This document shows, in pieces, positions 1 to 12,431 of a stretch of 64,000 nucleotides of DNA. Under the pieces are notes generated by a model that had not been told where the DNA came from, searched no databases, and saw nothing but the letters and a program-made list of their open reading frames with translations. Numbering within the stretch: the first letter of the stretch is position 1; each line of letters opens with the position of its first letter. A program made the position numbers and the translations under genes. The DNA is from Malacoraja senta (lineage: Eukaryota). Location: the NCBI GenBank assembly GCA_038087875.1, contig CM075989.1, forward strand, positions 19,904,001-19,968,000, in the 5' to 3' direction.

Positions 1-3000
1 TGTGAAATTCATTGCCACAGAAGGCTGTGAAGGCCAAGTCAATGGATATTTAAATGTGGAGATGGACAGATTCTTGATTAGTACGGGTGTCAGGGGTTAT
101 GGGGAGAGAACAGGAGAATGGGGTTGAGAGGGAGAGATAGATCAGCCATGATTGAATGGCAGTGTAGACTTGATGGGCCGAATGGCCTAATTCTGCTCCA
201 CGAACTTATGAAGAATATGGATGAACGTAGTGGGCATTGCTATTAATTAATTGCATTGTCCTCAAGTCATACAGCCCTTTGGACCAACGCAGTGGTGGCA
301 CAGTGGCGCAACTGTCAGAGCTACTGCCTCACAGCGCCAGGGACCCGGGTTCAATCCTAACTGTGAGTGCTGTCTGTGTGGAGTTTGTACATTCTCCCTG
401 TGACCGCATGGGTTTTCTCCGGGTGCTCCAGTTCCCTCACACATTCTAAAGACGTGCATGTTTGGCCTCCGTATATTGCCTTTGGTGGCTGGGATGGGGT
501 AGCGTAGAACTGGAACACAGGTGATCGCTGGTCTGCGTGGTTTCAGTGGGCCGAATGGCCTGTTTCCATGCTGTATCTCGAAACTCAAAACTCGTCCAAG
601 ATGCCTCACCTAAGCTCGTCCCATTTGCCTGTGCTTGGCCTGTATTCAATAGACAATGGACAATAGACAATAGGTGCAGGAGTAGGCCATTCGGCTCTTC
701 GAGCCAGCACCGCCATTCAATGTGATCATGGCTGATCATCCCCAATCTGTACCCTGTTCCTGCCTTCTCCCCATATCCCCTGACTCCGCTATTTTTAAGA
801 GCCCTATCTAGCTCTCTCTTGAAAGCATCTTCACAGACTGAGGTAGAGTATTCCATTAAACCTGTCCACAATTTGCCAACCAATAATTAGAACTAAAAAT
901 CCACTGTCCTCTTAATATTACAAGTGTCGCCTTTATTCTCTGATCGACGTTAATTGCTGCCTGTCATAATATATATTGACATTCACATCTTTCAAAGGTG
1001 TCTCGCAATAATCCCTGTGTAATTTTCAAAGTGATTCTGAGCAAATTTGCTCTAATAAATTCCATTTGCTGTGCGGTCAAGTCAATTGGAATGAAAAGGT
1101 TGTGCATAAGTAAACACCGACTCGCTAACTACCCTCCCCCCCCCCCCCTCCCTGTGTAGGACTGTAATAACTTCCTGGAGATTTTAATACATTTGCAATA
1201 AATGATTAATCCAATACCAGGAAGCTGTGCTCATAATGAAATAAGTTAACTCGAGGAAAGATCCCCCGACTGGTTTGATGAATGAAGGAGCGATTTAATT
1301 AGAAATGGATTTTGAAGTATGTTGACATGCATTTTGATGAAATGTCCTGTTATGCATGCGTTCTGCACTCTCATCAGCAATAGAATCTATAGCGCTGATG
1401 TATTTGCCTTCTGATTGAGCAGCCTTAAGTTACTGTTCTCATGTTAAAAATTGTCCATCGCTTTGTGATGAGTATACGTACCATTCTGTTTCTAGTCACT
1501 GACTGGAAAGAAAGTCCTAAGTGGACAGGTGGCATTATTTGGAGCTGCGGTCGACCAGTTGGCACTGCAGTAGAGTTGCTGCCTTACAGCACCAGAGACC
1601 TGGGTTCGATGCTGACTACGGGTGCTATCTGTACGGAGTTTGTACGTTCTCTCTGTTACCACGTGGGTTTTCGCTAGGAGCTCCGGTTTCCTCCCACACT
1701 TCAAAGATGTACAGGTTTGTCGGCTAATTGGCTTGGTAAAATTGTAAATCGTCCCTAGTGTGTGTAGGATAGGGTTAGTGTACGGGGATCGCTGGTCAAT
1801 GCGGACTTGGTGGGCTTGAGGGCTTGTTTCTGCGCTGTATCTCTAAACTAAACTAAACTGAGCTAAAGTTAGTACACATTGTACAGAATTCTCTTGGGCC
1901 ATTTTTAGACCATTTATTTTTTCCACCCAGTTTATTTTTTGTTAGCACCAGCGCTCCCCTGCACATGACCCATTGCAAATGTTGGAGTTTAGACAGGATT
2001 CAAGTTGGACCCTGTCCACAAAAATGTACAACATTGGGCAGCACAGTGGCGCAGCTGGTAGAGCTGCTGCCTCACAGCGCCAGAGACCCGGTCCTTGGGT
2101 TCTGTCTGTGTGGAGTTTGCACAATCTCCCTGTGGCTTTCCTCTGCCTGCTCCGGTTTCCTCACGCATCCCCAAAGACGTGCGGGTTTGTACTTTAATTG
2201 GCCCTCTGTAAATTGCTGCTGGTGTGCGGGGAGTGGATGAGAAAGTGGGATAACACAGAACGAGTGTGAACGGGCGATCCACGGTTGGCATGGACTCGCT
2301 GGGTCGAAGGGCCTGTTTCCACGCCGTGTCTTTCCAGTGGAGCAATATTGCAAGTGAATAATTACACGCAGTATCCCCAGAAGGCAAATCTGAAGAGATT
2401 CATTATGGGATATAAGTTCTGATGAAGGGTCTCCAGACACAAAACATTAACTGACTTTCTTTTGACAGATGAGTGTTTCCAGCATTTTCTGTTTTAATAT
2501 CTGATGGATTTGGGGTTAATGGACCACATATGTTCCCTTCTACTCATGTTGTGGTATTGTGCCCATTTCAATTTCTCCTTTCCCTGGAGGTCAGTGGAAT
2601 AAGATCACAACAGTTCCTGCCTTTGATCATTGTCCACGCTACTTTTAACTGGTCTGAACACTGATGTTAATAAGTCACCTGGTGCACGGCTGAATGAGTT
2701 GTTCCTTCATATCCTCAATTTTTCCAGCTCGACTCAGCAGGGTTTGAAAACAATGCACAAATCACTGACGAGCTTTAAACCCTGCAACATCCTTCTACAG
2801 AAGCAATGTTGACCTTTAATTTTTAGTTTAGAGATACAGCGCGGAAACATGCCCTTCGGCCCACCGATTCCGCACCGACCAGCGATCCCCGCACATTAAC
2901 ATTACCCTACGCACACTAGGGACAATTTTACATTTACACCAAGCCAATTAACCTACAAACCTGTACGTCTTTGGAGTGTGGTAGGAAACCGAAGATCTCA

Positions 3001-3494
3001 GAGAAAACCCACGTAGGTCACGGGGAGAACGTACAAACTCCGTACAGACAGCAGCCGTTGTCAGGAAGTAGCTCTATCACTGCGCCACTGTGCCCCCCCA
3101 TTTCATGGAACAATGGTCAGTGGTTAAATGCTGCTTTATTTGTCACATATGCAACTTCACGGTGAAAATCTCTTTGCAAATATTGCACATGCAAGCACCG
3201 CCATTATTGGCATCATTATTCTAAATCCAAAGGGCCGCGTGCTTGATGTAGTGGCGCTGTTCCTGTGAACTGACGCCCCTCTCCTCTCCTTTAACTCTCT
3301 TGTATGGTATTCCAATGTCGATCAGGCTGAAACTGTCTGTAACTGAGCTGGATGAAGTCTCTGTGCCTCGAATCTCCCAGCACACAAGTTAATAACTCCT
3401 TTTCCATTCCATCAAATGACTAACACAATGCATTGACCATCATTGTCCGGATTAGAAAGTTTAGCTGTGAGAATGGACAGTTTATTGTCACGTG

Positions 3495-3918
3495 TACACT
3501 CTGGAGTTTAGAAGGATGAGAGGGGATCTCATTGAAACATATAAGATTGTTAAGTGTTTGGACACGCTAGAGGCAGGAAACATGTTCCCGATGTTGGGGG
3601 AGTCCAGAACCAGGGGCCACAGTTTAAGAATAAGGAGTAAGCCATTTAGAACGGAGAAGAGGAAACACTTTTTCTCACAGAGAGTTATGAGTGTGGAATT
3701 CTCTGCCTCAGAGGGTGGTGGAGGCGGGTTCTCTGGATGCTTTCAAGAGAGAGCAAGATAGGGCGCTTAAAAATAGCGGAGTCAGGGGATATGGGGAGAA
3801 GGGAGGAACGGGGTACAGATTGGGGATGATCAGCCATGATCACATTGAATGGTGGTGCTGGCTCGAAGGGCTGAATGGCCTACTCCTGCACCTTTTGTCT
3901 ATTGTCTATTGTCTATTG
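3495..3918 (+). mobile_element. CR1-clade LINE 3' fragment (HER1-like)
   Basis: [39 protein letters not shown]; (CTATTGT)n tail; similar pieces at 1-210, 650-826(-), 12925-13360, 41455-41665, 57030-57370, 61860-62118(-). Confidence 0.9.
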
Positions 3919-5011
3919 TACCAAGGTACAGTGAAAAGCTTTTGTTGCGTGCTAACCAGTCAGCGGATAGACAATACATGATTACAATCGATCCATTTGC
4001 AGTGTACTGATACATGATAAGGGAAGAAAGTTTAGTGCAAGGTAAAGCCAATAAAGTCCAATCAAATATAGTCTGAGGGTCAGCCTAGAGGTAGATAGTA
4101 GTTCAGGACTGCTCTCTGGCTGTGGTAGGATGATTCAGTTGCCTGATAACAGCTGGGAAGAAACCTGGCTTATCTTCTCTGGAGCGTTGGAGATCGAGGG
4201 GCAACTAGATCGATGTATATAATATTATGAGCGGCACAGGGGGAGGGGATAACCAGTCAGAACCACATCCCCAGTGTGGAAATATCAAAGACCAGAGGGC
4301 AGAGCTGTAAGGCATGAGGGGCAAAATTTAAAAGAGATGTGCAGGCCCAAGTTTTCCACACAGTGAGTGGTGAGTGCCTGGAACACACTGCCTGGTGGTG
4401 GTGAAGGCAAATACCATAGTGACGTTTAAGAGACTTTTAGATAAAAGCACATGGATATGCAGGGAATGGAGAGATATGGATTACATTCAAGTAGGGGGGG
4501 ATTAGTTTAATTTGGCATTATTTTCAGCAGGAACTGTGGGTCGAAGGGCCTGTTCCTGTGCTGTACTTCTTTAAAGTTCCGTGACTTTATTTGAAGTTCT
4601 TTTAATTTTGCGATTGCAGATGTACAGGGTAAACCTGGAACCACAATGGAAATTCAAGAATGACAAAGTTACGATCCTGACCACAGACCTTCCTATTTTT
4701 GGCCACATACTGACACTTATTTTCCTTTTGAAATGTTCTACTATGATGTTGCGGCTGGCCAACATGTTTGAAAATATCTCTTCTGCTCGAGATCGAACAC
4801 TTGTAGTTCCTGGAACTAACAGTTGTAATATAATGCACAGTACCAATAGTGTCTTTATTCCACAGGACCTTATAGGTTCAGTTTAGAGATACAGTGTGGA
4901 AACAGGCAAATCTTGGCCCACCGAGTCCACTCCGACCAATAATCGCCCGTACACTAGTTCTGCCCTACACCACTAGGTACAGTTTACAGAAGCCAATTAA
5001 CCTACAAACCT

Positions 5012-5208
5012 AAGGTAGACAAAAAATGCTGGAGAAACTCAGCGGGTGAGGCAGCATCTATGGAGAGAAGGAATTGCCGATGTTTCGGGTCGAGACCTGA
5101 AACATCGCTAATTCCTTCTTTCCATAGATGCTGCCTCAACCGCTGAGTTTCTCCAGCATTTTTTGTCTACCTTCGATTTTCCCAGCATCTGCAGTTCTTT
5201 CTTAAACA
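5012..5208. mobile_element. Fold-back PLE terminal-repeat unit with 14-bp TSD, inserted in a SINE
   Basis: Inverted arms; taacctacaaacct duplicated at 4998-5011 and 5209-5222. Confidence 0.8.
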
Positions 5209-6931
5209 TAACCTACAAACCTGTATGCCTTTGTGGGTGGTGGGTGTATGGAGCGAGCTACCGGAGGAGGGAGTTGAGGCTGGGACTATCATTATATTTA
5301 AGGGATGCTTGGACAGGTACATGGACAGGGTAGGTTTAGAGAGTTATGGGTCAAGCATGGGCAGGTGGGACTAGTGTAGTTGGGGCATGTTGGCCGGCAT
5401 GGGCTAATTGGGCCGAAGGGCATGGATCCACGCTGCATGACTCTATGACTCCAAACGCATTAAGAGTTGCACGGTGGTGCAGCTGGGAGAGCTGCTGCAC
5501 CAGAGACCCAGGTTCAAACCTGTCCTTGACTACTGTCTGTGTGGAGTTTGCATGTTCTCCGTGGGATTCCTCCCACATCCTAAAGAGGTTTGTAGATGAA
5601 TTGGTTTCTGTAAATTGCCCCTAATGTGTAGGGAGTGGATGAGAAAGTGGGATAACATAGAACTAGTGTGAATGGGTGATCGATGGATGGCATGGACTCG
5701 GTGGGCCGAAGGGCCTGCTTCTTGCTGTATCTTTCGATCAATCAAAAATCTGAGATGTGGGTCATGAGATCCTGGCGATGTATCACCTTCTTACCCCATT
5801 CATATTTTCAATAATGTTTATTTTTATGAATGCTAATTCCTTTCCACTCTTTATTTTCTCTTTCTGGCCAATCCCCCACTCCTCTGGGAGGTTATCTGTT
5901 ACTTCCTCCATGAGATGGACACAAAATATTTGTTCATGTTCTCGACCATATTCCTCTTCCAATATATAATTTTTCCTATCTTGCTTTTTATTTTGCTTTT
6001 GACATATTTATAAAGCTTTCACGATCATCGTCGACCATCGATCACCATACACATGCTATCCCAGTTAGGCATCCACTGCCTGCACACTAGGAGCAATTTA
6101 TAGAGGGCCAATTCACCTACAAACCCGCACGTCTTTGGGATGTGGCAGGAAACCAGAGTGCCTGGAGAAAACCGAGGCGGTCACAGGAAGAACGTGCAGA
6201 CTCCACGCAGACAGCGCCCAAAGTCGGGATCCAACCAGAGGCAGCAGCTCTACCAGCTGCACCACCCTGCTGCCCATTTGAAGGAGGTGGCTGTGGAGAT
6301 GGTGGGTAAATGAATCTTCTAAAATTCCATGGATTCGAGAGCAATGCACACAAGTTGCAAAGTTACCCCACTGTCTCTCAGACGGGAGGGAGCAACTTGG
6401 GAACATTCATCAATTTAACCTGACCTCAGTAACAGAGAGAATACTGGAGCGAACTATTCAGGAAGAGGAAATCGCCTATTTAGAAAATAGTAACAGGATT
6501 GGGCCGAGTTAACGTGAAGTTATAAAAGGGAAATCATGTTCAACATATCTGCTTGAATCTTTTGAGATTGCAGATGTCAGAATCAATAAGATGACCCCAG
6601 TGATGAGTTTGCTGCTTCACACAGTCACGTGATTTAGCATTACTGGAAAATTCTGTCAAAAATTATATTTACAATCCTCAGGGATGGCCCATGTCCCAGG
6701 ACACAGATATGTCTCATATTAATAATGTGGGAAGTTGAAGTGGTCCTGCCTTGTGGTTGATATGAACACAGCTTAAAATGTACGTTCTGCTAAATGTCCA
6801 CTGCCCCTTCCATTGCAATGAAAGCAGCGGACAAACAGAGTTCATTTTCATCGTGCGTGCAATCAATGCAGTCGGCTGCTCTCTTGCCGTCTGTTAGTTT
6901 CTTGGGTAGTTAGTTTAGTTTTGATATTGGA

Positions 6932-7751
6932 ACACACACACACACGCGCACGCACACACACACACGCACAGACACACACAAGCACAGACACACACGCACA
7001 GACATGCGCACAGACACACACGCGCACACACACGCACGCGCACACACACGCACACACACACACGCACAGACACACACGCACAGACACACACACGCACAGA
7101 CACACACATGCACAGACACACACACGCACAGACACACACACGCACCACACACACGCACAGACACACACATGCACAGACACACACACGCACAGACACACAC
7201 ACGCACACACACACACACGCACAGACACACACACGCACAGACACACACAAGCACAGACACACACATGCACAGACACACACACGCACAGACACACACGCAC
7301 AGACACACACGCACAGACACACACGCGCACACACACGCACGCGCACACACACGCACACACACACACACAAGCACAGGCACACACATGCACAGACGCACAC
7401 GCACAGACACACACGCACAGACACACACGCACAGACACACACGCGCGCACACACACGCACGCGCACACACACGCACACACACACACGCGCACAGACACAC
7501 ACGCACACACACACGCACAGACACACACACGCACAGACACACACACGCACACACAAACACACGCACAGACACACACACGCACAAACACATGCACAGACAC
7601 GCACACGCACACACACACGCACAGACACACACACGCACAGACACACACACGCACAAACACACATGCACAGACACGCACACATGCACACACACATGCACAG
7701 ACACACACGCACAGACACACATGCACAGACACACACACACGCACAGACACA
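6932..7751. repeat. Compound (CA)n/(CG)/(CAGA) microsatellite, about 820 bp
   Basis: Recurring gcacagacacacac units, mostly alternating purine-pyrimidine. Confidence 0.97.
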
Positions 7752-8178
7752 TGTCCCTACATGACACACTGGTCAACCTGAGGAGCACCTTCAGCAACAG
7801 ACTGGTTCCACCAAGATGCAGCACAGAACGCCACAGGAGATCCTTCTTCCCTGCGGCTGTCAAACTGAACAACTCCTCCCCCTTCTGTCGTGGGGTAGAC
7901 TGACTCTTTGCACATCCCCAATCCTGGACTTTCCACTCGTCACTTTAATTTCATGTTCCACGTATCTCCTTGTGTTTTATGACTGTTGGCAGACCAATTT
8001 CCCCCCTGGGATAAATAAAGTTCTGAAGAAGGGTCTCGACCCGAAACATCACCCATTCCTTCTCTCCAGAGATGCTGCCTGTCCCGCTGAGTTACTCCAG
8101 CATTTTGTGTCTATCATCGAATAATCCAGCATCTGCAGTTCTTTCCCACAAGTAAATAAAGCTCTATCGTAACGTATC
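7752..8178 (+). mobile_element. Rex1/Babar LINE 3' fragment with a PLE repeat inserted in its tail
   Basis: [36 protein letters not shown]; tail taaataaag(t/c)tct duplicated at 8012-8024 and 8153-8165. Confidence 0.75.
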
Positions 8179-11100
8179 ATAAATGCAACCAGTTTACTTC
8201 TCTCTATTCTGTTTCTCCTTGCCCATCTCTTCTGCTGTCCACGTATCAATTGATCCACTCCTGAGTGCCCAGCTTTCCAAATCTCTGTCCTATCAATCTT
8301 TGTCGGGTTGAACGACTGTCTGTCTATCTTTTCAAAGCTTTTGCCACGAAGATCAGCTGCCAGATTGGTGAGTGGAACAGGAGTCTCAATCTCACAACAG
8401 TACTAACTCAAATTGGTGCAACTTCACCCTTACTCTGAAGAGTTTTGCCTATCAGCTCTCCCGTTACTCAACTAATAAAAATGTTTGTACTCATTTTCTT
8501 TGCAAGCTGTTCTAACGCTGATTAAGATGGTGTTTTAACAATTCTAATGCATACACTTGAATGAGCGTTCTACCTGATTAAATGAAGCTCTCTAATTGCT
8601 ATGTTGTAGAACTTATACAATATGGAAGCAGGCCCTTCGGCCCATCGTAACCATGCTGTCAAAGTCGGCATATTGAGTCATTTGTCCCATTTGCCTGCAT
8701 TTGGCCCATAGCCCTCTAAAACCTTCGTATCCGTACATCTGCCAAAATGTCTTTCAAAAGTTTTAATTTTTGACTTTGAAATTGTCCCCAGTGTGTTAGT
8801 GTGCTTGTTAGTGTGCGGGGATCACTGGTTGGCGTGGACTCGGTGGGCCAAACGGCCTGTTTCCGCGCTACATATCCAAACTAAACTAAATATAAACATT
8901 TTACATGCAGAAGTCATGTTTAATGCAGCAGTCATAATTTAATGTTGTATGACTGTACCAAGGGTTTTGGTGGAAAGTGGAAAATGGATGCTTTTATTTT
9001 ATAACATAAAAAAATCCCTTGGAAGAGGAACAGAGAAAGAATCTTGGAGCAAGCTGGATTTGCTTTCCCAGCCATTGCACAAAACCGCCCAGGGCCTCTC
9101 AGGCTGGTAAACACTCAGCTATTTTTCCAGTGTAGATAACAGTATTCCACGTTCTGTTCATTCATTCAGCTGCAATCTGCAGCGTGGAGCTGCTCAAGCA
9201 ACCGGGGCAATGAAGCATGTTTGTGGGCTTCTGATTCTTCCAGGGGGAAGTCACACCCTCCGTGCAGCAGCTTATTTTGAAGCAAAACACCGTGAACTGT
9301 CTCTTTGAAACATTTCTGGTGCGAGAGTGACTTCTATTTTGGTTTGGGTGGGGACTGCCGTTTGGCCAAGGAGGGAAGTTCTGGGAAGAGTTGGAATGGT
9401 TCCCGTCAGACAGATTGGAAGCACTGGAAAAGAGGCCGAGGGGAGCCGACGGGATTTTTGCTCTTTGAGTGCCGGGTTATTACATTCAGGAATGTGTTGC
9501 TTAAAAGGATGTTGGAAGCAGCTCCTTTCAGGAATACCAGGGGGGGGAATGGAGAGATTTGCAGGGTTAGAATCACAGAGTCATTCAGCAAAAATGTTAG
9601 AGATTGTATTATTTGATAGACTTGTAGGAAAAGAAAGAGGCATACGGCACAGAAACAGGCCCTTCGGCCCAACTCTTCCATGCTGGGCCCTGATGTCCCA
9701 TTCATGATACTCCCGTTTACCCACATTTGGTCCACATCCCTCTCAACTTTCCCTGCCCATGAACATGTCCGAGTGTCCTTTCAATGTTGTTATTATGGGT
9801 TGTGGGGAAAGAGCAGCCACTAATTGCATGGACTTATATTGCTTATTCACACAATTAGTACAGAAACCATTTTACAATGGTCTACAATTTCAGTTGGCCA
9901 CTTCCTCGCCTGAGGTGAGCCTGCAACTCAAATAATGTAATTCCCTCAGACTTTACAGCGCAGAAACAGGCCCTTCGGCCCACCGAGTCCACGCCGACCA
10001 GCAATCACCCCCATACACTAGCACCATCCTACACACTAGGGACAATTTACAAATGTTACCAACGCCAAGTAGCCTAAAGCCTGTATGTCTTTGGAGTGTG
10101 GGAGGAAACTGGAGCACCCGGAGAAAACTCACGCAGGTCACGGGGAGAACGTACAAACTCCGTACAGACAGCACCCCTAGTCGGGATTGAACCTGGGTCT
10201 CTGGTGCTGTGAGGCAGCAACTCTACCGCTGCGCCACTGCTGGGATATTTGGTCGATGTTGTTCGAAGGGCACGGGTGATGGGACTCCCGTGAGCAATGG
10301 TGCTGGCTTGGGAGCCAAGGGCATCATGCGTTACCCTCCCGAGATAACAGAAAGCCCGGCCCTCTCCCTGCCACCAGTCCCCCTCAACGTTCCCCAACCT
10401 CAGACCAATGATAGACCAATTCGACGGCCCCTGATTCACACCAAGCATCGAGTCTCCAGCCCAAATCGCCTGACTCCCCATCTCCCCCAATAGTAGCCTG
10501 ATCTCCAACATCAAGGCTCCAAAACAATGCAAATGGCTTCATGTAGGTTCATGATACCACTGAGGTTTGGGGTGGCGATTGGTCAACCAAACTCATAATT
10601 GGCACACCATCCCATGCCCATGTGTGCCCATCAACATTTCTTCTCGGTTTCTTCCCAGCTGTTATCAGGCAACAGAACCATCCCTTCAACAACTAGAGAG
10701 CGGTCCTGAGCTTCTATCTACCTCATTGGAGACCCTCGAACTATCTCTAATCGGACTCTACTGGACTTTATCTTGCACTAAAAGTTATTCCCTCTATCAT
10801 GTATCTGTCTACCGTGGATGGTATGATTGGAATCATGTGCAGTCTTTCCACTGACTGGATAGCACGCAACAAAATGTTTTTCACTGTATACGTGACAATA
10901 AACTAAATTCAAACTGAGACGGCAATTTCCAGCACTTTAACATAGAACGTCGTACAGTACAGCACAGGAACAGGCCCTATGGCCCATAATGTCCAGACCG
11001 AGCATGTTACCAAGTTAAACTAATCTCCTCTACCTGCACATGATCCATATCCTTCCATTTTCTACATATCCATATGCCTATCCAAAAGCCTCCAAAATGC

Positions 11101-12132
11101 CACATTTGTACCAACCTCCACCACCACCTCAGGCAGCATGCTCCAGGCATTTACGACTGTGTGTAAAAAAAAACTTGCCCTGCATATCTCTTTTGAACTT
11201 TGCCCCTTTTACCTTGAAGCTCTACCCTCTAATCTTTGACATTTCCACCCTGGAAGAAAAAAGGTTCTGACTATCTACCCTCTCTATGCCTCTGATAACT
11301 TTGTACACTTGTACCAGGCCTCCCCTCAACCTCCGACGTCTTGAGAAAACAATCCAAGTTTGCCCAACTTCGTCTGATAGCTTATACCCTCCAATCAAGG
11401 GCCTTCTCCGCTATCTCATGTTTAACACAGAGAGGCCATGCGACCAGATTTCAACTACAGTCGAAGGTTAATGATACCTTTGACATATCAACAATTAGAA
11501 TGGGAATGGCAGCAATAATTGTGTCAATTACTTTTAGATTAAAAATTGCACGAATATCTTCGAGCTTGACTGATGGGAATTGAATGAACTGTATGAAGCT
11601 GTCTCGAGGGGTTGGATTGGCATTTTGGGTCGGTTTCCAGAAAGGCTTGACTTCTCATACAGCCAAGAACATTATGTGCTCGAAAGTCGGAATAATTGCC
11701 TCCCGGGACAAAGCGTACAGGAGCAATTTAAATCTGCCACGTCGCTTCCTGTGAAATGGACTTATTTCTGTGTTAATTTATCTGATCTTTCCGAGACCCA
11801 GTGTGTGTAAAGTCGGGGATGAAGGCTTCGCTCCCCCCCCCCCGTTTGATCTGAACTTGTGGCTGTGTCGATGCCTGGCTCTCGTCTCATGATCAACAAT
11901 ACGCCAAGCATGTTGACGTAGACTGTACAGCCCGTGTTGCTGGGAGGAGTTTTAGCCCAGAGAACCACAGGCCTGGTTGTTACTGCAGGAGGAACACTTT
12001 CACCTCTCACCTTGCGTCGGGCAGAGCAGACACCAGTTCCATTTCACAGCCCTCTGCAGGGGAAGTGGGACATCTGCAAGTTCTGGGAACGTTTTGGAGC
12101 AAATTCAATCTGTACAATTTACACAGAGAGTA

Positions 12133-12339
12133 TTTTAGAAAGAACTGCAGATGCTGGAAAATCGAAAGTAGACTAAAGTGCTGGAGAAACTGAGCGGGTG
12201 CAGCAGCATCTATGGAGCGAAGGAAATAGGCAACGTTTCGGGACGAAACCCGAAAGGGTTTCGGCCCGAAACGTTGCCTATTTCCTTCGCTCCATAGAAG
12301 CTGCTGCACCCGCTCAGTTTCTCCAGCACTTTTGTCTAC
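12133..12339. mobile_element. Fold-back PLE terminal-repeat unit with 14-bp TSD
   Basis: Inverted arms around 12240-12265; ttacacagagagta duplicated at 12119-12132 and 12340-12353. Confidence 0.8.
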
Positions 12340-12403
12340 TTACACAGAGAGTAGGTTGGAGAGAAAGAATGGGTGACGTTTCGGGTCGAGACCCTTCACC
12401 AGT

Positions 12404-12431
12404 CTGAAGAAGGGTCTCGACCCGAAACGTC
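12404..12431 (+). ncRNA. Minimal hammerhead ribozyme core
   Basis: CTGAAGAAGGGTCTCGACCCGAAACGTC; helix I essentially absent in this copy. Confidence 0.45.

Noticed and set aside
293..370. tRNA-like sequences with A and B boxes
   Set aside because: Heads of tRNA-derived SINEs running into the SINE core; no complete cloverleaf supported
4620..4886. Possible exon after an acceptor-like tttgcgattgcag (MYRVNLEPQWKFKNDK...)
   Set aside because: No recognisable homology and no convincing phase-1 donor to join the ATP8B frame
6863..7903. Six long ORFs (218-320 aa) rich in His/Thr or Val/Cys
   Set aside because: Stop-free translations of the CA/TG microsatellite; not genes
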